A DNA stretch of 64,000 bases from Marsupella aquatica. Lineage: Eukaryota > Plantae > Marchantiophyta. A program made the position numbers and the translations under genes. Position 1 is the first letter of the stretch; each line of letters opens with the position of its first letter. Location of the stretch: assembly GCA_973895155.1 (NCBI GenBank), contig OZ316891.1, positions 29,437,611-29,501,610 on the forward strand, given 5' to 3'. Below are positions 21,201 through 33,365 of the stretch, piece after piece. The notes beneath the pieces are model-generated. The model had not been told where the DNA came from. It searched no databases and saw only the letters and a program-made list of their open reading frames with translations.

Positions 21201-23982
21201 ACCATCCACTGCAATGTCCTGCGAAATGAAACAAAACTCAAGATAATGAGGCACACCCCATAACCATAGAATCTTCTATCTATTGCAAGATTCTTGACAT
21301 CAACAATCTGCAGGAACTATAATTTATTGTAGCAGATACCCACATTTTGTAAATAAAATTATTCCATGTCACATTCACGATACAGGCTGCACACAGTTCA
21401 CTGTGGAAGGCATGAGCAAAAAGGATCGACAACCTTACCTGCGTTGCAGCCAGAAGAATGAAGACAAAGAAAAGCGTTGTGATGGAATGAATGTTTGCTG
21501 TCTCCAGCTACAACAAAAGACAAATAGGATTCTGAGAAGGCATAAATAAACTGTTTGTAGGTTCAAAGTAGAGTTAGATGGAAACGGACTAACAGGACTC
21601 GTTTTGATCGTAGCCCTCAAAACACACAAAATCCCAGCGATGTTTCATTATGGAACTTGCTCACTGTCACCAAGTTAGACTAGGCAGATTACAAACGTTA
21701 GTATAAAAGATCTTCAACACTAGACACAATGTCGGAAATCCCCCAAAAGAAAATTCGTCGAAGACACTAATAACAATATCACAGAGGTACAGGCGATATA
21801 TGTGTCTACAGCACTTCTTGAGGAGAATTGCACTGAATTAATATAGCCTATAAACTTCAAATGGCCCTTGCCATCGAATGCAACTGAGATAGAATATGTT
21901 CTGCCACTGGGCATCCTTTTGGGCATCCTTTTAGGCCAAAACATGACAGAAAAGTCAAGCACAAGTGCATTCTGGAATAATTGAAGCTGAGACATCAGCA
22001 ACGTGTCTTTGCCCAAAGAAAGACCCGGCCATAGAAACTGTCAACGAAAAGGAAACAATACAATCCCAGAATGAAAAGAGAAGCAATATAATTTTACCCA
22101 GTGATCAGCAGTTCGTGCTGAAAATATCATCAGGAGACCCGAAGCCATCTGCATCGGAAGAACCCTGAAGAGAAACAAAATCGTGAGCTGATGAAGTCCT
22201 TGTTATGAATCAATCAGGTCTTTATGTCTTCCAGAGAGCTGTTTGTTTCAATGGCGGAAGTGACTGCAACAATGAAACATAGCTCAACCAAGTACAGAAG
22301 TTTCCGTCGCTGACAGCCAAACCACTAAACTTACTAAACTGACCCACGCAATTAGCTCTGAGTTTACTAAGTTTACATAAGATCTAATAAAAACTTCTTC
22401 GCTCATCACTCAGAGTTTCTTCAGTGGCAAATGCAACCAACGTTCAAGAGCAAATAAACGCAAAGCAGGCCTGTGAAGGGCACACTCAAATACCACCACC
22501 AAAGAAATCAGGAATTAAAGGACGGTAACTTACCAGGACTTGCGCCAGCCAATTTTTGAAGAGAAAATTGTGTCAACGATGGGACTCCAAAGGAGTTTCA
22601 TGGAGTAGGGATATGCAGCCAATGAGAATACACTGGACAAAATCAAGCAAAACGGTCAAAGACCGGATAAAGGTGAGATATACATTCAAAGAAGTTGAGC
22701 AAAATCGCAAGCAGTTCTTCTCGACACAAACTGACTTCTTCAAGTTCAAATCACTTTGCCAGAGACCAGATTGTCATTAATTGTGATCCATACCCAACCT
22801 CGGTGTAGGTCGCATGAGACTTCAGTATGAAAGGTATGCTCCCCAGTGAGAGGCCTAGTGGGACACCCTGCATCGCATCTGCATCGTTATGTTGTTAGAC
22901 TCTGAGCAATCCGACAAATGACTCATTAAAGTCTCAACTACAAAATGCTAGCCAATTATTAGACTTTATTAGACACTGTAATAAGCTTCCATACAGTATC
23001 AGTTTGAAAACAGAAATAGGAATAAGGACCCTCAGCTCAAAAATATTCGGGGAATGAACCAAGAGACATGACAAATTGCCTGCGGCAGGCAGAAGGATGA
23101 GAGTAGAAGCCGGTTTCTGGAGGACAAATCCGTTAGGCCATTGATGTGGGTGAAAAGGAAAAAAATTATTCTCACACGACTAATTATCGTAGACGACGGT
23201 AAACAACCTCGCAGAAATGGTTATCCTGTAGCTGCTTTGCATGTGAAAGCTATTAGAGTTATAGGTTAAAGAACGGGGTGAAATGAGATATGATCGCCCG
23301 AAAAAAGAGTAACCGAAAATTCTCACACCGACACAGATTGACTACTGACTGGTTGAGGTCGTGGGGCAGTGCTGTGAACTCGAAGTTGTCTCATTTTAAG
23401 TTGTCTCACTCTGGTTATCTCATTCTGCTCCAGTAGAGCGAAGCACATCCAGTCGTCGCATTTGGGTTGTCTCATTCTGCTCCAACAGAACTGCCGGTGA
23501 CTTAGAGCTAAGCACATCCCAAAGCCCTTCTGGCAGTTTCTAGTCCTATTCGAATCCTCAGTAGTGGAACTGAGAGATGACAGTCAGTTCACCCTAGATC
23601 CGTGCCTAAATAACAATGGCCTCACCCCGATTTGGCCACATTACATTCCAAAGACGGTTTGCTTCTCCATCAAGATTAACAACACACAATGCTTTGCTTC
23701 TCGATGTGGACAGACAGGCAACACGATTGAAAAATTGCAATGATTATCGACCGAGGCACGGATCAAAGAGGGAGTTTAGGGTAAGGAAAAGAGAGTGGAT
23801 ATGCGAGCGGACGAACATAGGATTATGAGAAGAGCCATGTTGAAAGAGTCCGAAGCAGAATTGGTGGCGCCGTTGTTGCTGCTGCTGCTCATGTCTCCCC
23901 CCAACTCCGAGCTGCTGGAACGGATCATACCAGCCCCTTCCTCCATCCCCTGCAACTGCGAGCTTTTCGATCGTTGATGCAT
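18258..23982 (-). CDS. SLC33A1: Acetyl-CoA transporter 1-like (AT-1/SLC33A1, MFS), 13 exons, ~564 aa. Exons: 23982-23817, 22878-22794, 22632-22534, 22164-22098, 21507-21439, 21218-21203, 20939-20884, 20567-20462, 20354-20055, 19772-19735, 19455-19393, 19089-18823, 18620-18258
   Basis: Hand-spliced at GT-AG sites into a 1695-nt open frame. Family motifs present: LLIILYAMQGVPLGL, YPYSMKLLWSPIVD, RKSW, AATQDIAVDGWALT, GGTYLTLLNTISNFG, DGFY. Confidence 0.9.
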
Positions 23983-24419
23983 TGTCGCTACTGCTACTTG
24001 TTTCCCTCTCCCTCCTCCGCTGCTGTTGCCTAATCCCCTCCTTCACCAGAGCCCCCCTGATCTTCTTGCTCGTGCCCACCTCTGCGTGTTGTACCGAAAT
24101 CCGCTAACCAACTCGATTAGAGAGCTTCTCTCGTGAATGCCTTCTCCCAGTTGTTCGAAATTTCAGTTCTGAAATTCATGGACAGCATCAATTCCAATTT
24201 CTGCTCTCAAGCTTGTTGAGACCAGCCGTGCATGAGGAAGGGAGGGACATATCCAAGCATCTCTCTGTTCCCACTCTCTGTTCCCTCTCTCGCTTCCTCA
24301 GATCCTGCTCTGTGGGCTTCACAGCCCAAGTCAGTTGAATTGGAATTCAGAAGGAATCACAGATTTGCAGCTCAAATTTTTCACCACAAAATGTACAGCA
24401 GCAGCAGTAGATCTCGTCT

Positions 24420-24815
24420 TCTCCAATAAACTGTCGAAGATCCACAGAGATTCAGTCCTGTGCTCTGCACATTACAGTACAACACAGTACCCTACAGTCA
24501 GCTCTCGATAAGTGCACCAACCCTGGTTAATTGCAAGGCATCCTATTACTCCCTTTTCCGTACCTCACAGTCAGCTCTCGCTAAATGCACAAACCCTGGT
24601 TAATTGCAAGGCATCCTCTTACTCCCTTTTTTCAGACCATTACAATTTACAGCAGATCTCGCCTTCTTGAATAAATTGTCGAAGATCCACCGAGATTCAG
24701 TACTGGACAATAATGTGCAGTACAGTCCCTTACAGCCACCTTTTGATAAGTGCACATCCTGTAAGAGCAAACCCTGGTTAATTGCAAGGCATCGTGTTCC
24801 TCACTTTTTTCAAGA
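24420..24815. repeat. Local degenerate duplications upstream of AT-1
   Basis: aaccctggttaattgcaaggcatc occurs three times (~24519, ~24593, ~24770), and tgtcgaagatccac.gagattcagt occurs twice. Confidence 0.8.
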
Positions 24816-27115
24816 CCATTTTGAATATAGAAAGATCCTCTTTACAAAGCATTTTGGGTCATAATGCCCCCCAAAATGAGGGCTTTGTAAACCTCATGTA
24901 TACAAAGCATTGTCTGCCAAAAATCCCTCAAACATGAGATCTCTATGTAGTAACTTTCTGTTTACAAAGCGTGGGCGGCCATAACATCCAAAAACTAGTG
25001 CTTAAGTTTTCAGAGGGAGATTGTTCCCCACAATTCTCTGGTGAGAGTGGGCTTAATATGGCCTAAGAGATTTAATTTTTTAATATTTTAGTAAAAGTAG
25101 TGGAGAATTTTCATAGTTGGCCAATCTAAAGCTTGACTTTGCCAAATTCCAAGGAAATCTTGACTGAGCAATCTTCTCCATAAACAATTGAATATTACAG
25201 AGAGACAAAAACCTAAGGTCATTAAGCATTGTTTTTGCACTCTATGTAAGTGCAAAGAGTGCTGCACTAGACAACAAGTATATAGTACAAAGTCTCTGGA
25301 AGGATTTATAAACAGTTATGGGTAAGCAAACAATTCCTTTGACTAGCACTTATTGATAAGTGCAAGCCATTTATGTAGAGTAGAAGTTGCACTGGTGAGG
25401 TAGGGGACACAGGAGGAGATGGATGTACAATTTAGGAAGGTGTCACAGGAATGTAGATTGACCCATTGCATGTCAAGGCACTGTAGTTCTTGAATCATTA
25501 TCATGTGTGCTTGCACTGATATATGTTTCCAAACTATGTATTTATGATGTAGTGCAAACCCTAGTTACATGCACTTAGGGAGAGCTGGTTGTAGATGCAA
25601 GCTTGGTCAGCACCCACTGCTCTCTCTGCCTCTCCACAAATTACTTCTTTGGCAGTCTGCCATCACACTTTTGTGTTTGACTTAAACCACACCTGCCACT
25701 ATAAAAGCCTCATTCCATGTCTCACTACTCACCATAAAAGGTGGAACACTAGCACCTTTTGTGGAGTACTTGCCGAGAAAAGATTTTGCAGTCAGCACCT
25801 TTTGTGAAGCTCAAAGTCCATTTCTGAACTTGTACTCTTTAGAATGAGAGCTACGGGTTACCCGTAGCCCTTTATAGGGGCAGGTGTGGTTTAACAGTAC
25901 ATGGGTGCACAATGGTGCCAATAATGCAGTGTTAAAAACATTGGCAATATCCACTTAAACTACAACTTATCATCCATTCTGAGATCACTAAGTAATCATT
26001 TTGGGAGATCAAACATATACCTGGTCACTCGTTTAAGTCACTCTTTTTAGTTTAAGTAGTAGTTTGTCCCTCCTTTAACCACAAGAGACTCACCCATGAG
26101 CCGTAGCACGGTGGGATTTCAACTATTTGATTCAAAAAAGGAGCAAGATGACCACAATGGAATCAACTCTAGGCTGACCAGAGTTAGTTTGGCCGGCCAA
26201 CAGAATTCAAGTAAACTGAGTAACAAGGTACGTATAGGGGTCAAAAAAGTTGACAACCTAACCAACAAAAGTTGGCAACCCAGTGAGCACAAAACAGTGT
26301 GACATCTTACTAATAATTCACAAGGGAAGCTACTTTTAAGGCCTATGGTCTAGAGTGAAGCCACCATAGAGTGAAGACTCTAGACCATAACTCCTAATAG
26401 AGACAAAACTGATCAGGACTCTCTAATAGGCACACAACATAAAATGAGGATAAACAAAACACAGGATGGGGGCAAAGATAACAAAAGGGACATTGACTCT
26501 GAATAAAGACACAACTGAAAAGAGGGTGGGCAAAGAACAAGATGGGGCAAAGATGAAATAGAATTGTTTTTGTGCAATATTCTTTTTTTTCTTCGTATCT
26601 ATTCAACTTCAAAGAAGGGGTAAATGGGGCTAGTGTGTACAAAATCTCACTTGGCCAGTTTCCCACCAACCAACAGATCCCACAATCGGACAGATCTCCC
26701 AAACTCTAGGGAGATCTAAGGGTCAGAACAAATCTAGCATAAGAAATATTCTTAGCATCTTCTCCTTGATCCGCCCACAAGGTAACATATGCCACCATGG
26801 CAAATTTAGAAATACCTCAGAACTATTCTGTTCCAGAGATCAATTCAGCAGAGAAGAGCGAGCAACAGCTAAAGGAAAGGAAAGCAGGAGTGCAATCTTC
26901 ATTTGGGTCCGGATCTTTCTCGTGCACGAGACAGTTTTCTTCCTCTCTCGAAGATTACGATGAGTTCAAGGTTGCTTCGGTTCCGAGTGGCAGAGCCTTT
27001 CCTTTGATGAATTTTGGAATCCATTGTGGGTGAATTGAACATCAAGTCAAAGGTCCTGTGCACGCCATGGAGCTTCTCTCCCTTTCGACATTTTCTTGAG
27101 ATATACCATTTCGCA

Positions 27116-27163
27116 GAGAAGAGAAGAGAAGAGAAGAGAAGAGAAGAGAAGAGAAGAGAAGAG
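27116..27163. repeat. (GAGAA)n microsatellite
   Basis: About 9 perfect pentamer units. Confidence 0.95.
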
Positions 27164-28554
27164 CCGAATTGTGCAGAGAATAGATAGGAAAGAGAAGAGA
27201 AGAGACTAGACTAGAAGAGAAGGGAAGTGTGCAGAGAAGGAGAGAAGGAGATAGGAAAGCGAACAAAAGAGAGAAGAGATTCCAGAGTGTGGAATTGGAG
27301 AAAGGGGGACTGCACAGAAAGGAGACTAGAGGAGAGAAGACGGTGCCTGAAATTGAGAGAAGCGATCCCCTTATTTAATCAAGGTAGGGAGGACAGCAGA
27401 AGTTGCGCGATTGTCTTTCGACACGGAGAAGAGCAGTCTCACGTAGAGGACTAATAATACGCTACTTCTGCGAAGGGCTGTGGCAGGAGGGGTCGTCTGG
27501 GATTGCACGGGAGGGAAGAATACTACTACTTTACGTCAGATCAGGAATCGAAAGGAAGGGAAGGCGACGTGGGGATTAGTTCTCTTCTTTGTTTATGAGA
27601 ACTCCAGGCCAGAAGACGTTTGTCTTAGTTTCGTATTCCGGTTCTCTCTCTCTCTGTCTCTCTCTCATCATCGGCACTTCATTCTCTCTGCGCTGGTACT
27701 CGGTAGTGTATTGTGGAGGGAGGAGACAAACAGGCCCAACCCAAACGGCACCCCATCGTCAGGTTACCGTTCTAAGGAACACCGTGATTCGTGCCGTGCA
27801 GTTGCGTCGCAGCGATTTGCATGGTGTTGGACGTCCTAGAGTGCTCCTGAATTGCCACCACAGCCAATAGGTATCGAGGAAGCAAAAGCGCAGGCAACAG
27901 TGACCGAAAGGTGGCAAGTAAGCCAACGGAGGCCCCACCAAACGATCCACGAGGAGAGGAGGTGGCCCACCCTCAAAAGTGAGGGAGGCGCAAGAGACGA
28001 GAGGAGGAAGAGCATCATTTCGGCACCCGTGCATCTACTTTTTAATTTTTAGTGTCCGAACGCATTTCCCCCTCCTTGAATCCGCTGCTTGCAAAGTCGG
28101 TCGGGAGGCACTTGGGTTCGGGTGAGACGTTCTATTACCTGATGAAGGTGGAACAGTTGAAATTGGAAGCAAAGCCGTCTTATTGAAACCAAGTTGATTT
28201 GATCGATGTTTGGGAAGCTGAAGTGAGATCCGAAGACAAGACGATGCGAGCGGATTAGCTTTTGGAGATTGCGGCGGTTTTTGGACGGAAGAATGTCGAG
28301 GGACATAATTGCATACACGAATCAGAGAGGAGTCGTGCACTGCGTGTTCGATTCCCTCGCGTATTGCTGCAATACCCTCGTCATCCTCGTGGCAGTACTC
28401 GTGCTCAGTTGCTTGGGATATATTTAGAACCGCATCCCAGAGAACGCTCTAACGGAAGGAAGGAAGAGGAAGAAGAGGACGAGGACGAGGAACGGGAGAG
28501 TAATAGGACGGGGAATAAATAATTAAATTCTACTGTGGCGTGTTCTGTTTGACC

Positions 28555-31500
28555 ATGTCTCTCGCTTCTCTGGTGGCAGCAGCAGCAGCACCTCCGAGCA
28601 CTTTTCCTTGGAATTCAAGCATCAGCAGCAGGAGCAGGAGGAGCAACAGGAGTAGAAGTTTTGAGGATGCGAGGGTGGTCTCCTTTCAACGAGGTCGTGT
28701 CCAAGCTCACATAGGAGGGCGATCTCCGTCTCCAGGAGTCATATGCAGCATCTCGTTGGGCTCTTCAATTCTAGGAGGGGGTTCAAAGCTTGATAGGGTT
28801 TGGAGGGAGAGGAGGAATGAGGATAAGGTTGTTGGGTATGGGGGTGGGTTGAAGAAGGGCAGGAGCTGGAGTAGGAGAAGTGTGGGATTGGAGGCAAGGG
28901 CAAGCAGCAGTTTTCAAGACGTAGCTGTGGGGGTCATGGAGGCTGTGAAGGCCGCATGGATGACCGACCCGCCTACGTGGGAGGCTGCCTTCACATCCGT
29001 GGGAGCTGTGTGTGTGGTGGGAGCACCGTTGCTGCTTGCTGGGCTTACGAAGTCGGGCATAGCCAGCGCCTACTTGTTGGGATCGGTCATCTGGCGAGCG
29101 TATGGAGGGCAAGGACTCTTGACCATCATGGCCTTCTACATTCTCGTATGTATGCAAGAGGCCTTTCTTTATTTATCCTGTTTGTGATTGGGTAAGCTTG
29201 CTGCAATTCTGATCCCACGGACAAATTAGTTGGATTGCTCTGGTCATTCCTTTCAGGTTCATTCGTTGTTTGTTTTCGCTGGCTCCTGATTCTGCATACT
29301 TTGCGATTTATTCCCCTAGTTCGTTCTATGGATGCACTGTGTTCCTGACGGCTTTCTATGGTTAAGAAGTTTTAACCAGATATATTCCTCTATTGCATCT
29401 CCCCCTCGTGTCCCCCTCCCGCCTCTGGATGCTAAATTCATTCTTCCTTTCTCTCTCGCTGCCTACCGTGTGTGGCTAATGACTCTGATATCATTCATGG
29501 AATTCTTTTTACATTATTGGTCCAATGGCCAATTTGGGTCTCAGGACTTCAAATTCATTTTTCCATTCTTTCTGTGTTTCTCGGACTCTAAAGACCTTTT
29601 AATTTTAGAAGTGACTCTGTTTCGACCTGAACCTAGAATATGCCAGATTGCAGTCAAGGAAAGGTTGACGACAATAAACTAATTTATCTTTGCACCTCCT
29701 TTCACTGCACTACGAGGAGACTGTTTCATTCCTTGTTTAGTGATTCGCCTGAATCAGTTCAAAGGTTCTTTAGCACTGAGATTCATTTCTACCTTTAGAT
29801 CCCAGACTGGCCTAAACGTACATTACAATTATTGCGTATTATCGCCGTAAGATCAGAGTGAATGAAAAGAATGAAGATATTGTTCGCTGGGACTCAATGG
29901 GGCCGAGGGAATGATCTACGGGTTCTCTCTCCTATTTCGTTTATTCCCAAAAGTACCATGGCTAATGTAAAATGAAACATTATTCGAACAGAAGAAAATG
30001 TAAATGAGAAATGAAATGTAATAGAAGATCTTCATCCAGCCTCTGCCTGCATGGATGTTAAACGGCTATCTGCAGTCAATAGCAGATAATTTATCAACAG
30101 ATGCCATCGCTCCTCTTAACCCCTGACAGGCAACAGGAAAGTGAACAGAACATGGCGATCGATCTTACTGTCCTGTACAGAAGTGACATCTCTAATTTGA
30201 CTTAATTGAAAGAACCCTGCCAAATATCGTGGTGAAATTGACATTTAAACGAGCGACACAATTCTGAGCAGCCTTTTAAGCTATTTCAACATCAAAAACA
30301 TGTGCTGTGCTGGTCAGATGGGCTTCGGAAGATGCTCCAAAAGAACATCACAAAGGAAATCTTCCTCATCAGACTCGGTATTTTTGTCCCCTCCCCTATA
30401 TCGGTATTTTTGTCCCCTCCCCTATAAACTAAGTACAGATCCCATGACTTTCTTTCCCAAGATGAAAGTTTCCTAAGAAAACTTAGAAATGAAACAAAAG
30501 TTTCTGGTGACTTTCGTGACGGTGTGCTTATAGGGACATATCCAACCTCCAGAAAAGTTTACACCATCAATCGTTTGTCAAATTTGCCGTTGAATGCAGG
30601 GCACAGCAGCTACAAAACTGAAGATGAAGGAAAAGCAAAAAGAAGGCATCGCCGAGAAGAGAGGTGGAAAGCGAGGGGTTAGTAGCGTAGTGGGTTCTGG
30701 AACAGCAGCAGCAGTTTGCGCTCTGGGATCTATCTGTGGAATTGGAGGGCCGAATATTGCTCCTTTGTGGCAACTGGGGTATCTGGCGAGTTTATGCACA
30801 AAACTTAGTGACACGATTTCAAGTGAGATAGGAAAAGCTTATGGCAAAACCACGTATGTTCTCTCTGGCCAACGCTCGGTTTTGCCAATTCTTATGAAAC
30901 ATTTCTCTTTAATTGATAGAATGCACAAATTCCAAGACATAAATAAGACCAAGCGCCACAGATAGGTGCTTCTGTGCAAAGATTGGATACTGAATCTGAC
31001 ATGTTTATAGAAACGTTGGACAGTGCCGGTCTGTTCGTACACTGATTTGGCTGATTAAAGTCCGAGCTTTGAAATTTACGCCATCAGCAGCATATTCAGA
31101 AAAAAAAATTGTATGGCATACTTGCTGACGTGAAGTCGACAATGGCACCAGTCTATAAGCTAATAGCATGATACCAACCAGGAAAGGTCTTACTTATTGA
31201 CATGTGCCAATGTATGCTACAGGTACTTGATAACTACATTATCTATAGTACCTCGAGGTACAGAAGGGGCAGTAAGTGTTGAAGGCACAGTGGCCGGTGT
31301 TGTTGCTGCAATATTCCTTGCAGCAGCTGCATATTCACTTGGCCAGGTCGGATAACATGATGCTGTTTTTCTTCTGAACCGTTTGGCTTTCATGGTGTAA
31401 GCAATGCAACAGGATGTACGATTGCAAAGATGGGCTCAATTAATTCTGTATTTTGGGGGTTGGTGTGCAGGTGGATAAATCAGGAGCAATTATTGCTGTG

Positions 31501-32066
31501 GGTGCCTCACAACTGGCAAATTTGTTTGAGAGTTTCTTGGGAGCTACTCTCCAAGGTCGGCCTGGTTACGAGTGGGTACGTTTCACCTTACGCGACCTTT
31601 AGGATGTTGCTTTTTATGTGGAAGGTCGTATTCTGTCATATTTGGATAGGAATGCCTACATGTTGCTTTGCAACCTTAAGAGAAAGCTTGCAAATGGCAG
31701 TGTTACGGCGTGCACCACGTGTTGCCGATGTAAAGGGTTCAAATGCCGGAACAATCTAAGTACAATCCAGAAACCACATCTACAAATAAGATATATCGTG
31801 TGTTTGCTAGATTGATTCTTGTATTTGAGGCTAGAGTAGGGGTTTGATTGCTTCAAAACCCTGCTTTCATGGTAAGCTTCACAGTCCTAGTATAGATCCC
31901 TGAGGTGCATTAGATCCCTGACAAGGTGTGGTCAAAGAAAAACTCTACTGAAAAGCTGTGGTCTGATGAATTGCAGCTATCCAACGACCTTGTGAATGTC
32001 GCCAATGTTACAGTAGGAGCTGTTCTTGCAATCCTGCTTGGAAAGTATTTTGGCTCAGGAGTGTGA
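28555..32066 (+). CDS. VTE6: VTE6 phytyl-phosphate kinase (DUF92/TMEM19 family), plastid-targeted, 5 exons, ~387 aa. Exons: 28555-29145, 30600-30853, 31223-31346, 31471-31575, 31977-32066
   Basis: S/R-rich transit peptide and motifs PPTW, GTAATKLKM...GIAEKRGGKRG, TKLSDTISSEIGKAYGKTTYL, VPRGTEGAVSVEGT and WLSNDLVN. GT-AG splicing gives a 1164-nt frame. Confidence 0.93.
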
Positions 32067-32732
32067 GGTTCATATGCGGAACAAGAAGGTTTTGTCCTAG
32101 GAGCAAAGAAATGGAAATGGGCGTAAAGTTTGTTAGCTGTACAGGAGACTCTAAATGACCTCTCTAGCCTTCACGGGGGTATTTGGATACCAGATTCAAC
32201 GCACCAAATTGGTGCAAGCATGCAGGGGCAGACGTTTCTCTTACGGTTGTGTGTTGGTGTGAAGTTTAACGGGACATTGGCTGTGAGCCTTGCGTTACTA
32301 TGAGAGACACAAAAAGTTCCGAGTATTTCTTAAAAGTGTATTTGTTGGGTTAGAAGGACACAATTTTTAGTTCCCAATTTAAGACATCAAAAGATTCAAC
32401 GAAGATTGGGATTATTCAAAACATGAGTGCAATTTATGACAACCTAGGAAAAACCATACAAGTCTAATTGGTGCTCTTTGGCATTTGTTCTGTGCTTCAT
32501 ATCAAAATTGGGATGCCTTGAAAAGACTGCAGAGTTTAGAGGCAGCTTGTGAGATGCATGGGGTGCCAAAGATTGTGAGGGACGACGAGGCTGAGGAGTA
32601 CAGAAATCTCATGAGAATATCCGAGAAGTACTCTATTACAAGTACTAATGTAGTTAGCTTTCCCTATACCATTACTAACTAAGGATAGCTGGTTCGAAAT
32701 TCCACACCTATGTGTTGCACATTATTTTCAGC

Positions 32733-32958
32733 AGAAAGTGATGTTGTAGAGCGTAAGTGATATGCCCAGGCGGTTGGACACTATGGGGAGTCGGTTGGAC
32801 ACTATGGGGAGTCGGTTGGACACTATGGGGAGTCGGCGTAGAAAGTGATGTTGAGTGGAACTGTTAAGAAAGTGATGTTGAGTGGAACTGTTAAGAAAGT
32901 GATGTCGAGTGGAACTGTTATTGAACGTAGGTGAGATGGCCAGGCAGTTGGACACTAC
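32733..32958. repeat. Compound minisatellite: 21-bp unit x3 and 27-bp unit x3
   Basis: cggttggacactatggggagt x3 (32771-32833) and gaaagtgatgttgagtggaactgttaa x3 (32841-32920). Confidence 0.9.
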
Positions 32959-33146
32959 AGTGAGTCAGAGATTCAACCTGGCAAGTGAATTTCAAGGGAA
33001 AGTGGTGGGTAGGGGTGTGGAACCTATGATAGGGGCACAATTAGTCCATTTCACCATAACCCAAGAGTTAGGGGACCATACCCCAATAATGACATTTCCG
33101 AAACAAACCATGAGAAAGACAGAATAGGTTTGCATATTGTACTGTC

Positions 33147-33365
33147 TAGATACTTGGTCTATAATCATCCTCTGCTTTCTGTTGCACCTATGGCGCATAG
33201 TGCATTTCGCTTTTATGAAGAATTGCATGAATGATATCCTGTGCACTTAAGGAATAGATACTTGGTCTATAATCATCCTTTGCATTCTGTTGCACTTATG
33301 GCGCATAGTGCATTTCGCTTTTATGAAGAAATGCATGAATGATATCCTGTGCACTTATGGAATAG
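33147..33365. repeat. 108-bp tandem duplication
   Basis: tagatacttggtctataatcatcct...gatatcctgtgcactta starts at both 33147 and 33255. Confidence 0.9.

Noticed and set aside
23744-24079. 111-aa ORF as the AT-1 first exon
   Set aside because: Wrong frame. The 23982 ATG frame gives NMALLIIL-Y and splices in frame to exon 2.
26797-27033. CLE-like peptide (VPSG)
   Set aside because: No signal peptide, and the RxxPxGPxPxH pattern is missing.
32771-32920. CRISPR-like short repeats
   Set aside because: Units are head-to-tail with no unique spacers, there are no cas genes, and the context is eukaryotic.
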